IMG/VR virus record: IMGVR_UViG_3300028549_001428
Reading direction: 5' to 3' (one strand)
Length of the DNA stretch: 64,000 nucleotides
Origin: a virus
Taxonomy: Duplodnaviria > Heunggongvirae > Uroviricota > Caudoviricetes
The translations under genes were made by a program, and so were the position numbers. Below are positions 56,522 to 64,000 of the stretch, piece by piece. Below the pieces are notes generated by a model. The model saw only the letters and a program-made list of their open reading frames with translations. It searched no databases and was not told where the DNA came from. Within the stretch, counting starts at the first letter, position 1, and each line of letters starts with the position of its first letter.

Positions 56522-56843
56522 TCAATCGTTGATATTCACCAAGGCCTATTGTATCTACAGTAGGTTGAGAACAATTAGATTGAGCCATAGTATCTTCGGC
56601 AATAACAGTATTACTCACCTTTGTTTTTCCTACGTTATGAGTGGTAGTTGTAATTGCATTAGGGCAATACACAACATTCATATGAGTAATACCATCATCA
56701 GTCAGAAAAAACACCTTACAGTGACTCAATTCAGATGGTAGAATATACCTATCGGTAATGGTTTTTGTTTCCGCAGAACAACCAACTAGCAACCCAGTAG
56801 CCAACAAAATAAGAATATATAATTTATTCATAATTAGCCTCAC
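56502..56843 (-). CDS. putative lipoprotein
   Basis: LLVGC lipobox. Confidence 0.7.
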   Translation of the reverse strand: MRLIMNKLYILILLATGLLVGCSAETKTITDRYILPSELSHCKVFFLTDDGITHMNVVYCPNAITTTTHNVGKTKVSNTVIAEDTMAQSNCSQPTVDTIGLGEYQRLNEKFGK

Positions 56844-58048
56844 ACTAGAACGGTGTCAAGATATGTCTTTACAATAGACTTATTGATGGTAGCACCATAA
56901 GTCTTACTGATTTCACCCATGATCTTACCAACGATCTTCTTACTATTTCCATGAACTGCAATCAGACCATCTACGATAATCTTAGTTTCTGATTCGCTCA
57001 AGAATTCAGGTTCCTTTGGCAACTTATCCAACCAACGAGAAAGAACTTCAATTTCCTTCTGATAACCACCTTCACCAAACTTAGTAAAGTTTTCCTGAGA
57101 CGTTGAAATCAGCTTTTTAACGACCTTCGCAACCGTTTCATCGATAACGACATCGGTGCGCTTGTCGGCAATAATATTGAATACAATACGGTCAATTTCA
57201 CCAAGCAAAACAGACAGAATGCCCACTTCTACATGGTTCTTGTCCTTCATCTTACTAATCTTTTCGCTCTTAATCTGTTCATATAGATTCATTTTGATCT
57301 CCTTATTTTCACCTAATATAGAATTTTTTAGTGTTTTGTCAATGGAAGTTGCAAGATTTCTATTGTATGTTGCATAAAGTAATTCTGAATATTCGGTTGC
57401 ATACTTTCTAATGAAAGCCGACTGACTTCGGGTTTCTGGCATAAACTTGAATATGATAGCATTCTCTTCACCTTCCATAGTAAATGGAATCTCGGTTATA
57501 TCAGCCCAATATTTGAACATCATAGCATAAGCATGAAGTGGAATTTTTAGTTTCACGCTAATGTTTGGAAGTGCGTCTGCGGTTCCACCCAAAATAGCAT
57601 CCTTCAAATCTTGTGAATCGCATTTATGTTTTTTCTCAACATTACAATCTTGACACATAGGTTGATAGTTTTCGAGAATATCTTTACCACCCAATGCACG
57701 AGGAATGATATGATCCTTTGTCATAATGACATACTTATCATTCTTAGTTCCAACGAATTCAAAATGTCCTCGATTACTACCATCAGGTTCCGCAATTAGA
57801 ATACACTTATCGGCTACCATACCACACGACACACAAACGCATCCAGACTGCTTAAATAGCAAATATCGCTGGGAATTCTTATAGATATTAAATGACTTAT
57901 TCAATGTATCAGAAAAGATATCCCCAGATTCGCATTTGACTCCAAGAGTCTCATCCACAAAATTCTCAAATACATACTCAGGAGTAACAATTACACCAGT
58001 AACTGCTAACCGATCTACGGTTTTCTTCTTTTTCTTAGACTTTCCCAT
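56840..58048 (-). CDS. HNH endonuclease fused to a YqeY/GatB domain (internal start at 57292)
   Basis: CVSC..TKDHIIPRALGG..NYQPMCQDCN; C-terminal EIEVLSRWL..LSESE..GKIMGEI; SD AAGGAG before the internal ATG. Confidence 0.82.
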   Translation of the reverse strand: MGKSKKKKKTVDRLAVTGVIVTPEYVFENFVDETLGVKCESGDIFSDTLNKSFNIYKNSQRYLLFKQSGCVCVSCGMVADKCILIAEPDGSNRGHFEFVGTKNDKYVIMTKDHIIPRALGGKDILENYQPMCQDCNVEKKHKCDSQDLKDAILGGTADALPNISVKLKIPLHAYAMMFKYWADITEIPFTMEGEENAIIFKFMPETRSQSAFIRKYATEYSELLYATYNRNLATSIDKTLKNSILGENKEIKMNLYEQIKSEKISKMKDKNHVEVGILSVLLGEIDRIVFNIIADKRTDVVIDETVAKVVKKLISTSQENFTKFGEGGYQKEIEVLSRWLDKLPKEPEFLSESETKIIVDGLIAVHGNSKKIVGKIMGEISKTYGATINKSIVKTYLDTVLV

Positions 58049-58185
58049 AAAAATCCTTTAAAAATGGTGTATTTTTAATATAGAAATACTAAAAGGTATT
58101 GTCAATAACTTTTTTAATGATTAAATTGTCATGTAATATAAGTTTTTTCGGAAGTTTTTATAAACTAATTTTATAATCAACTGGA

Positions 58186-58428
58186 ATGTTTGCTATGATT
58201 ACCGCAACTAGCGATGAAACCATTTCATCAAGTTCTATCGAGAATTCTTACTCTGAATGTAATCCGTTACATATGTTATCTATGACTAATATATATAAAA
58301 AGGTCAATTCACATCGAAATGATACCATGCTGATTAAAAATTTATTAGTAAATCTACAAAATAAATTGACAATGATGGATAACCGCATAGAGATATCATT
58401 TGAATCCATCAAAACAAAAATAAGTTAA
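58186..58428 (+). CDS. possible late small protein
   Basis: TATAAACTAA at 58159; lone + ORF. Confidence 0.4.
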   Translation: MFAMITATSDETISSSSIENSYSECNPLHMLSMTNIYKKVNSHRNDTMLIKNLLVNLQNKLTMMDNRIEISFESIKTKIS

Positions 58429-58763
58429 ACTCGTTTAAAAAAACTATTATCGTTAAATCCATCTTCTATGTAATCTAATTTACATATGTAATTTCTTAAT
58501 AATGGATTAATAATAGATTCAATATAAATAATCCTATCATATTTCGACCCCAGTTCTTCAATATGGGTCAAAAATCTGGAAAAATTTCCACATTCTCTAT
58601 ATCGCTCATCAACTTTTACATTAGCTAATTCTAACGTATCTTGAAACACACCATTTATGAATCGCTTTGTTATTCTTATGTACGCTTGTACATGATATTC
58701 TTTAATGGTAAACCATCGATGTATAAAACTACCACGATTCAATTCTATGATAAGTGATTCCAT
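58425..58763 (-). CDS. GNAT-like protein
   Basis: VKVDERYRECGNFSRF resembles acetyl-CoA motif A. Confidence 0.55.
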   Translation of the reverse strand: MESLIIELNRGSFIHRWFTIKEYHVQAYIRITKRFINGVFQDTLELANVKVDERYRECGNFSRFLTHIEELGSKYDRIIYIESIINPLLRNYICKLDYIEDGFNDNSFFKRV

Positions 58764-58782
58764 AGTGGAAATATAGCAAATA

Positions 58783-59397
58783 TTACATTATTTTAGGACA
58801 ATGAATACGAAATTCACTCATTTTATTATTAAATTCGGACTTGAATTTATTGTAAATAGAATCCCATGATGAATCACTGTAACCACAAATCGTAGTCCAT
58901 ATATGATTAGCACGTGAGTAATCTACAATTTTACCAAATTCAGCAATCTGGATACCATAGTCACATATTCTAAAGGCATGAAAAATGCTTTTTAATCCAA
59001 TATATTTATCCATTGGTTTAGGAGGAATGCTACCAACCGTAATCTTTTTCTTCCCTTTAACCCAACAATGTGACGTTTTAGCAGAAATAGAATCTCTAAG
59101 TGTAGCTAAGTCTAATGTAAATGTGAATAAATTATCATCATCAGTCCAGATACATTCTAATGCAGATATTTCGTGTTTATCCACTCTGTTTTGGAATTCA
59201 TCGACTGAATATACAGTTACATCAACATTATCCCACGAGTAATTTACTGTGCCTAATTTTGTGTTGCTTATTGCAATAAAATCATAATCGGATTCGGGTG
59301 TATTAGTGCCATACACACGAGAACCATATTGATATACTTTGATAATATCAATATGGTATTCATTTATCAATTTTGATTTAACAGCATCGCATTTCAT
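58783..59397 (-). CDS. Pol-beta-superfamily nucleotidyltransferase
   Basis: YGSRVYGTNTPESDYDF. Confidence 0.88.
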   Translation of the reverse strand: MKCDAVKSKLINEYHIDIIKVYQYGSRVYGTNTPESDYDFIAISNTKLGTVNYSWDNVDVTVYSVDEFQNRVDKHEISALECIWTDDDNLFTFTLDLATLRDSISAKTSHCWVKGKKKITVGSIPPKPMDKYIGLKSIFHAFRICDYGIQIAEFGKIVDYSRANHIWTTICGYSDSSWDSIYNKFKSEFNNKMSEFRIHCPKIM

Positions 59398-59840
59398 TAT
59401 TTCAAGTCTGTAAAGTATTTAACAATAGTATCCCAGTTCGGAAATTCAGCCGAGCCAAAATGAATTAATTTTCCCTTAAACTTATCTTGACCATTTGTAT
59501 TTGTTCTATCATCAATAAGATAATCACCAATCAAACGATCTTTCTTGGTGATCTCAATTAAATCATTAAGTACTTCGAATCCAAATGTGTCCTGTATCCA
59601 TAATGCCTTCTCAGTGTAACCCAATGGATTATACATAGAAGGAGCAGTTGCTATAGCAACATCATACTTACTACGCAAGAACTTGAATCCTTCAATTGCA
59701 CCAGGCATTGGCTTCAACTTTCGGAAAAAATCTAACTGACTTTGTGGATAACACATTTCAGGAAATTTTAATAAGGCATCTCTTCGTGCGCCAGTGAAGT
59801 CACACATAACATCATCCATGTCTACATAAATTGTAATCAT
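59397..59840 (-). CDS. 5'(3')-deoxyribonucleotidase (HAD)
   Basis: YVDMDDVMCDF, EKALWI, GDYLIDD. Confidence 0.9.
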   Translation of the reverse strand: MITIYVDMDDVMCDFTGARRDALLKFPEMCYPQSQLDFFRKLKPMPGAIEGFKFLRSKYDVAIATAPSMYNPLGYTEKALWIQDTFGFEVLNDLIEITKKDRLIGDYLIDDRTNTNGQDKFKGKLIHFGSAEFPNWDTIVKYFTDLK

Positions 59841-59844
59841 AATA

Positions 59845-60141
59845 TTACTTAGTTAGAGTAGCAGTTCCAGCAATAACATTTCTGATGAATGCTACTGGAA
59901 CGGCACCAACGAACTTACCAACATATTCAGCATCCTTGTAGACAAGGACTGTAGGAACGCTCATAACATCAAACTTAGCAGCCAAATCAGGTTCTTCATC
60001 AATATCATATTTCATTACATTGATTGAGTCGGTCTTTTCAATCTCGATAAATGATTTATCAAGCATTTTACATGGACCACACCATTCTGCACCAAATTTC
60101 ACAAAAGTTAATCCAGTAGATGGAATATTTAATTCTGACAT
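59845..60141 (-). CDS. trxA: thioredoxin
   Basis: WCGPCK, VMSVPT. Confidence 0.92.
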   Translation of the reverse strand: MSELNIPSTGLTFVKFGAEWCGPCKMLDKSFIEIEKTDSINVMKYDIDEEPDLAAKFDVMSVPTVLVYKDAEYVGKFVGAVPVAFIRNVIAGTATLTK

Positions 60142-60142
60142 A

Positions 60143-60490
60143 TTAATACCTCGGTTTCTTCAAAAAATGTTTTTTGGTACTGCCATCTCTAGCAATACAA
60201 GTCACTGCTACATAAAAATTTGGTGACTTTTCTTTACACACAAATATACATTCATTGCATTCCAAAAATTTAAATTTTTCTTCAGTTCCGTACTTTTCAT
60301 ACAAACGAGAAATATATGCAGTATTGTTAAAGATCATCTTATTTTCAACAGATGCCTTTAACAATTCAACAATCATAGCATCAACATCACATTTATGTGC
60401 ATTTATACCTAGTCGTTCAATAATACGTTCTTTTGTGTGTTTACTTGCAACGTATGAATTACCATTAACATACACTACGTCTCTTGACAT
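60143..60490 (-). CDS. hypothetical protein (115 aa)
   Basis: HTKERIIERL. Confidence 0.7.
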   Translation of the reverse strand: MSRDVVYVNGNSYVASKHTKERIIERLGINAHKCDVDAMIVELLKASVENKMIFNNTAYISRLYEKYGTEEKFKFLECNECIFVCKEKSPNFYVAVTCIARDGSTKKHFLKKPRY

Positions 60491-60493
60491 AAT

Positions 60494-60961
60494 TTATTGT
60501 CCTGTTTTTTCGGTCAATAACATCGACAATGACGCAATGAAATCATTGGAGTATTTATCTCCAAATTCAGTAAACATAGTTTTAATTTTTCTACGCAATA
60601 CGTTTTGTGCGGTTCCGCTGTTATGCTTTCCTGAACGAACCCATGCAATGTCAAGATCGGATATTACAGTCATAGCACAATCACGAGTATGGTCGTTTTG
60701 AAACCCACCCATTGTAGGAAACTGATAAAAATTATTCCGTGGAGTATCGAACATATGATACACAGTAACCTTAATCTTAGGATATGACTTCTTCATATTT
60801 GCTAGGTATTCTTGTGCCATTGCATCAACGCCATAATAATCACCAAGCACAAATTCAATTGTATTAGGTTCTTTCATCACCGCATCGGTAATTGTCTTTG
60901 CGTAATAACGCTGGAATTCTTTTTGTGTAACGTCTCGATGTCCAGAAATAAAATATCTCAT
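60494..60961 (-). CDS. SLOG/YspA-like protein
   Basis: ISGHR, GDYYGVDAMA, RDCAM, SGTAQNV. Confidence 0.78.
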   Translation of the reverse strand: MRYFISGHRDVTQKEFQRYYAKTITDAVMKEPNTIEFVLGDYYGVDAMAQEYLANMKKSYPKIKVTVYHMFDTPRNNFYQFPTMGGFQNDHTRDCAMTVISDLDIAWVRSGKHNSGTAQNVLRRKIKTMFTEFGDKYSNDFIASLSMLLTEKTGQ

Positions 60962-60972
60962 GTAATTCCTTA

Positions 60973-61410
60973 TTAGTCGGGTGTAACAGGCAGAAACTTA
61001 GCAAAAAACTTCTTGGTTTTGTAAATATACTTACGCAACCATGTAAAATAACCTTTAGGCATTTTGATTGTACGCAACCCAGTGAACACCTCACCTTTGG
61101 AGGCAATAGTAGCTAACGCTGTCCGTTGGGGTTCTCCCCAATCTGGTTCGGTAAATATTCCATACTTATGTTCTTTCAAATATAGAGTATGAGCATATGA
61201 AAGCAATTCAGCTTCATCTTTGACTGCTAAATATACCATGATACCATTCGACCACAGAACACCTTTATATAGAGGTGTGTGATTTACTAAATATTCAGCA
61301 ACCGCATGTCCAGCCTGAACTGCTTCATTCTCATATCGCATATCATCACGAACAAGAACGTACATTACAGGTACGTTCTCTTGTGTTTTTATAGTATTTA
61401 CATTTTCCAT
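60973..61410 (-). CDS. peptidyl-tRNA hydrolase II-like protein
   Basis: MYVLVRDDM, AVQAGHA, VYLAV, FTEPD, TALA. Confidence 0.75.
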   Translation of the reverse strand: MENVNTIKTQENVPVMYVLVRDDMRYENEAVQAGHAVAEYLVNHTPLYKGVLWSNGIMVYLAVKDEAELLSYAHTLYLKEHKYGIFTEPDWGEPQRTALATIASKGEVFTGLRTIKMPKGYFTWLRKYIYKTKKFFAKFLPVTPD

Positions 61411-61428
61411 AAGTTGAATATAGAAATT

Positions 61429-62271
61429 TTACTTGTTATTGTCAATGGAAATGTATGTTTCTACAAAATCATCATATACAGCTCGTAAATCTTTGTCATA
61501 TACGAATGTTAAGGCATGTTCCTTGATATCATCTGGAATGCCATACAATGCTTCTGCTACTGCGCCAACGATTGCCCCTAGAGTATCAGAGTCAGCTTTA
61601 GGGATAGTCACTGCCTTCAATACAGCATCATGGAAATTAGTTGTAGTTAATAAAACAAACATCGCTAATCTCATAGTATCTTGACAAATTGCATCGAAGT
61701 GGTCTAACTGTGCAACTGGTTCATAGTGCAACTTCATATCATACAATTCATCAACAATTTGCTTTATGTTCTTACCCTGACGGGCTAGATAAATCATAAT
61801 TGCAGTTACTTGAGCACCCTTGATACCCTCTGGGTGATTATGGGTTGCGCATGCAGAATTGAAAGCCAAATTACGGACTTCAGTTAAATTAGCACCCACA
61901 TAAGCAACTGGCGATACTCTCATAGCAGATCCATTACCGCATGAATTGTATGGCTCTTTACCACTTCCAGATAACCAATTTACAAACCCACCACCATAAC
62001 CACCAATAGGTTCAGCGTAATGATTACCAAAACTATAATACAATGACGCAAATGATTCTGGTGTTACAGCTCCTGTCTTCTTATCTCGCAATCTCAAGCA
62101 TGTATATGCTGTAGCAAATGTAAGAACCGAATCATCAGTAATTCCATAACGAACATTAGGAATTATAGCATTCAATTCCTTGTGTGTTGGTAATAGACCA
62201 ACTTCTGGATATTTATTTTTACTGAATTCTCTAAACGAACCAGCGATATCACCTATAATAGCACCTAGCAT
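61429..62271 (-). CDS. ADP-ribosylglycohydrolase (DraG/ARH)
   Basis: GAIIGDIAGS, TDDS, GNGSAMRVSP, THNHPEG, DSDTLGAI. Confidence 0.93.
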   Translation of the reverse strand: MLGAIIGDIAGSFREFSKNKYPEVGLLPTHKELNAIIPNVRYGITDDSVLTFATAYTCLRLRDKKTGAVTPESFASLYYSFGNHYAEPIGGYGGGFVNWLSGSGKEPYNSCGNGSAMRVSPVAYVGANLTEVRNLAFNSACATHNHPEGIKGAQVTAIMIYLARQGKNIKQIVDELYDMKLHYEPVAQLDHFDAICQDTMRLAMFVLLTTTNFHDAVLKAVTIPKADSDTLGAIVGAVAEALYGIPDDIKEHALTFVYDKDLRAVYDDFVETYISIDNNK

Positions 62272-62349
62272 AAAAACCTCTCTTTTTGATTTAAATATAG
62301 TAAATAAAGTGTGTAAAATATATATTAATTATTATTAATTTAATATATT

Positions 62350-63135
62350 ATGAAAATACATAAACAAAATATCACATTCGATCACATTGAAATAATGCTT
62401 AAATCATTATATGAATATGACCCAGAACATACAAATACAGTATTTGTATTAGGTTATAACATAATGAAAGGTAATGGAATAGAATTATTACGTAATTTAT
62501 ATCCAAAGATGAAAATCATTATAATCCAATTAGAACAAATGTTTTTTAAAAGCCCTTGGGTGACAAAGAAAAAGATAGATTTTTTAAGTCAATGTGATGA
62601 AATATGGGATTACGATCAATCCAATATAATGTTTCTCAGAAATACCTTTGCGCTAACACCAAAGCTATTTACTCTAAAATATGTCCCAGAACTAAATACA
62701 ATGCCACTATTAGCTAAAGAAAAACATACAATAGATATCCTATTTTATGGTGCATTTAATGATCGACGACAGGATGCATTAAATAAAATACGAAGTCTGA
62801 TGCCTGATAAAAATATAATTACCACGGATGCGCTATGGGGAAAACAGCTAGATACAACCATACGAAAATCTAAAATAATACTCAATCTACACTATTATGA
62901 TAAAAATAGACAAGAACAAGCTAGACTATTCTACTTAATGTGCAATCATAAATGCATTGTCAGTGAAAAAAGTGAACCCAATTACTATAAAAACGGCATT
63001 ATTGAATGCGATTTAAATAGTATTGCCTCTGTATGCAAACAGACATTGGACAGCGAAATTTGGTATCAATACGCAAGACAATCATTAAAAAGCATAATTT
63101 TATCAAATGAATTTTATAAAGGTGGAATGCAATGA
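62350..63135 (+). CDS. glycosyltransferase-like protein (GT-B type)
   Basis: DILFYGAFNDRR, SKIILNLHYY, RLFYLM..CIVSE. Confidence 0.75.
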   Translation: MKIHKQNITFDHIEIMLKSLYEYDPEHTNTVFVLGYNIMKGNGIELLRNLYPKMKIIIIQLEQMFFKSPWVTKKKIDFLSQCDEIWDYDQSNIMFLRNTFALTPKLFTLKYVPELNTMPLLAKEKHTIDILFYGAFNDRRQDALNKIRSLMPDKNIITTDALWGKQLDTTIRKSKIILNLHYYDKNRQEQARLFYLMCNHKCIVSEKSEPNYYKNGIIECDLNSIASVCKQTLDSEIWYQYARQSLKSIILSNEFYKGGMQ

Positions 63136-63911
63136 AAAGTATACGAATATTAATAGCAATGCCTATCTACAAAAGAGAATTACTCGCACTCAATTCAATC
63201 AGATCAATTACAGAATTAACCCAACTCGACAACACATTTGATGTCACATTGGCATTGGGTATAAATGAAATGGATAGTATGCTAGATACCTTTTTAACCG
63301 AATACAAATCAGATACTATAAAGGTAAATGTACATAAATTTGATAAAAATCTTGGTAAAGGCATTGCAGTAAATAAACTAGCCTCATTATATGAATTCGA
63401 TTTCATCATAAGTATAGATAGTGATATGATATGCGTTGATCCAGAATGGTTAAAAAAGATGCTGTATGTATATTTTAGATACAACGAAAATCCAGCTAAG
63501 AATAGGGATCTAACCACTAGAATGATGGGCAGCCTATGCACAAATCAAATGGGGTTAAATTGCCATGCAATCCATGAAAAAGACCCAAATCGAATTAATA
63601 TAAACATTGAAAACAGATTTAATATTATATCTCATGTTTCAGGTGGAGGGGTCGCTGGTGGTGTTCTAATGAGCGATTCTAAGACATGGAAAATGATTGG
63701 TGGGTATCACGGTGGTAAATTGTATGCTACCGATGACGGTCATTACAATGGCGATTGTCATAGACGAAATAAATTAGTTGGATATATAAAAGAAGTTTAT
63801 TTCTATCATCCATATGAATTTAAAGATGACTATAGAGTATGGAAAGATAAAATTGTTAAGGAAGATGTTAAATTCGTAGCATATAAAACAGAACAAATAG
63901 AAGGCAAATAA
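63132..63911 (+). CDS. glycosyltransferase family 2
   Basis: IAMPIYKR, NLGKGIAVN, IISIDSD (DxD), IGGY, DD, FYH. Confidence 0.85.
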   Translation: MKSIRILIAMPIYKRELLALNSIRSITELTQLDNTFDVTLALGINEMDSMLDTFLTEYKSDTIKVNVHKFDKNLGKGIAVNKLASLYEFDFIISIDSDMICVDPEWLKKMLYVYFRYNENPAKNRDLTTRMMGSLCTNQMGLNCHAIHEKDPNRININIENRFNIISHVSGGGVAGGVLMSDSKTWKMIGGYHGGKLYATDDGHYNGDCHRRNKLVGYIKEVYFYHPYEFKDDYRVWKDKIVKEDVKFVAYKTEQIEGK

Positions 63912-63912
63912 C

Positions 63913-64000
63913 ATGATGGATGTAACAAAAATATATTATAACTCACATACGTTAGATGTGGTTGATAACATTAACAAAATAACGAAAGCATTTCCACATG
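63913..64000 (+). CDS. partial ORF running off the window
   Basis: ATG 1 nt after the GT2 stop. Confidence 0.55.
   Translation, partial: MMDVTKIYYNSHTLDVVDNINKITKAFPH

Larger units (their letters stand above)
714..61445. promoter_or_regulatory. dispersed early-promoter family TTGACA-17-TATATT
   Basis: Copies at 714, 4469, 6134, 7986, 14024(+), 14452(+), 18712, 21267, 27005, 30232(+), 30999(+), 38222, 41759, 41927 (16-nt spacer), 44600, 48251, 52897, 55300, 58077, 61417; a few have variant -35 boxes. Confidence 0.85.

Noticed and set aside
59397-59840. MITIY start as a member of the MIT-start group
   Set aside because: It is a recognisable HAD nucleotidase whose first beta strand explains the residues.
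1-64000. Genome-wide stop-codon recoding (TGA=Trp or TAG=Gln)
   Set aside because: Long known genes are intact in code 11, TGA forms many ATGA stop/start overlaps, TAG ends genes, and TGG is used for Trp. I found only one internal TGA.
1-64000. tRNA or rRNA genes
   Set aside because: No T-loop (GTTCGA) cloverleaf or rRNA-like sequence was seen by eye; tRNAscan-SE would be decisive.
1-64000. Integron integrase or TnpA in the window
   Set aside because: No ORF shows the R-H-R-Y tyrosine recombinase, HUH-Y1 or serine resolvase motifs.

Overview
AT-rich, densely packed, mostly minus-strand segment of a large (jumbo-type) bacteriophage genome, read in standard code 11. It is an accessory/early-gene region: I saw no capsid, terminase, tRNA, rRNA or CRISPR array. 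Recognisable cargo: a five-gene PspA-like/ABC-transporter/OmpA cluster; RNA repair (Pnk, Rnl2-like, Rnl1-like, HAD); two ATP-grasp ligases; ADP-ribose erasers (NADAR, ARH); nucleotide and cofactor enzymes (deoxyribosyltransferase, intein-split GMP reductase, 5'-deoxynucleotidase, CoaD-CoaE fusion); translation factors (IF3, Pth2-like, YqeY); a lytic transglycosylase; glycosyltransferases. Mobile elements: one IsrB element with omega RNA, three TnpB genes (two behind RHH mini-genes, one frameshifted) and a free-standing LAGLIDADG gene. Two promoter classes are visible: about 20 copies of TTGACA-17-TATATT and a T4-late-like TATAAACTAT. The main surprises are (1) an array of attC-like integron cassette sites with non-canonical geometry around small genes at 33.5-35.0 kb, with no integrase in the window; (2) a candidate small RNA displaying an anti-Shine-Dalgarno loop at 39.1-39.2 kb; (3) about 12 unrelated small ORFs that share only an N-terminal M-I-T-x-hydrophobic motif; (4) several degenerate paralogues of core phage proteins. 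All family assignments come from motif recognition by eye; no database search was run.
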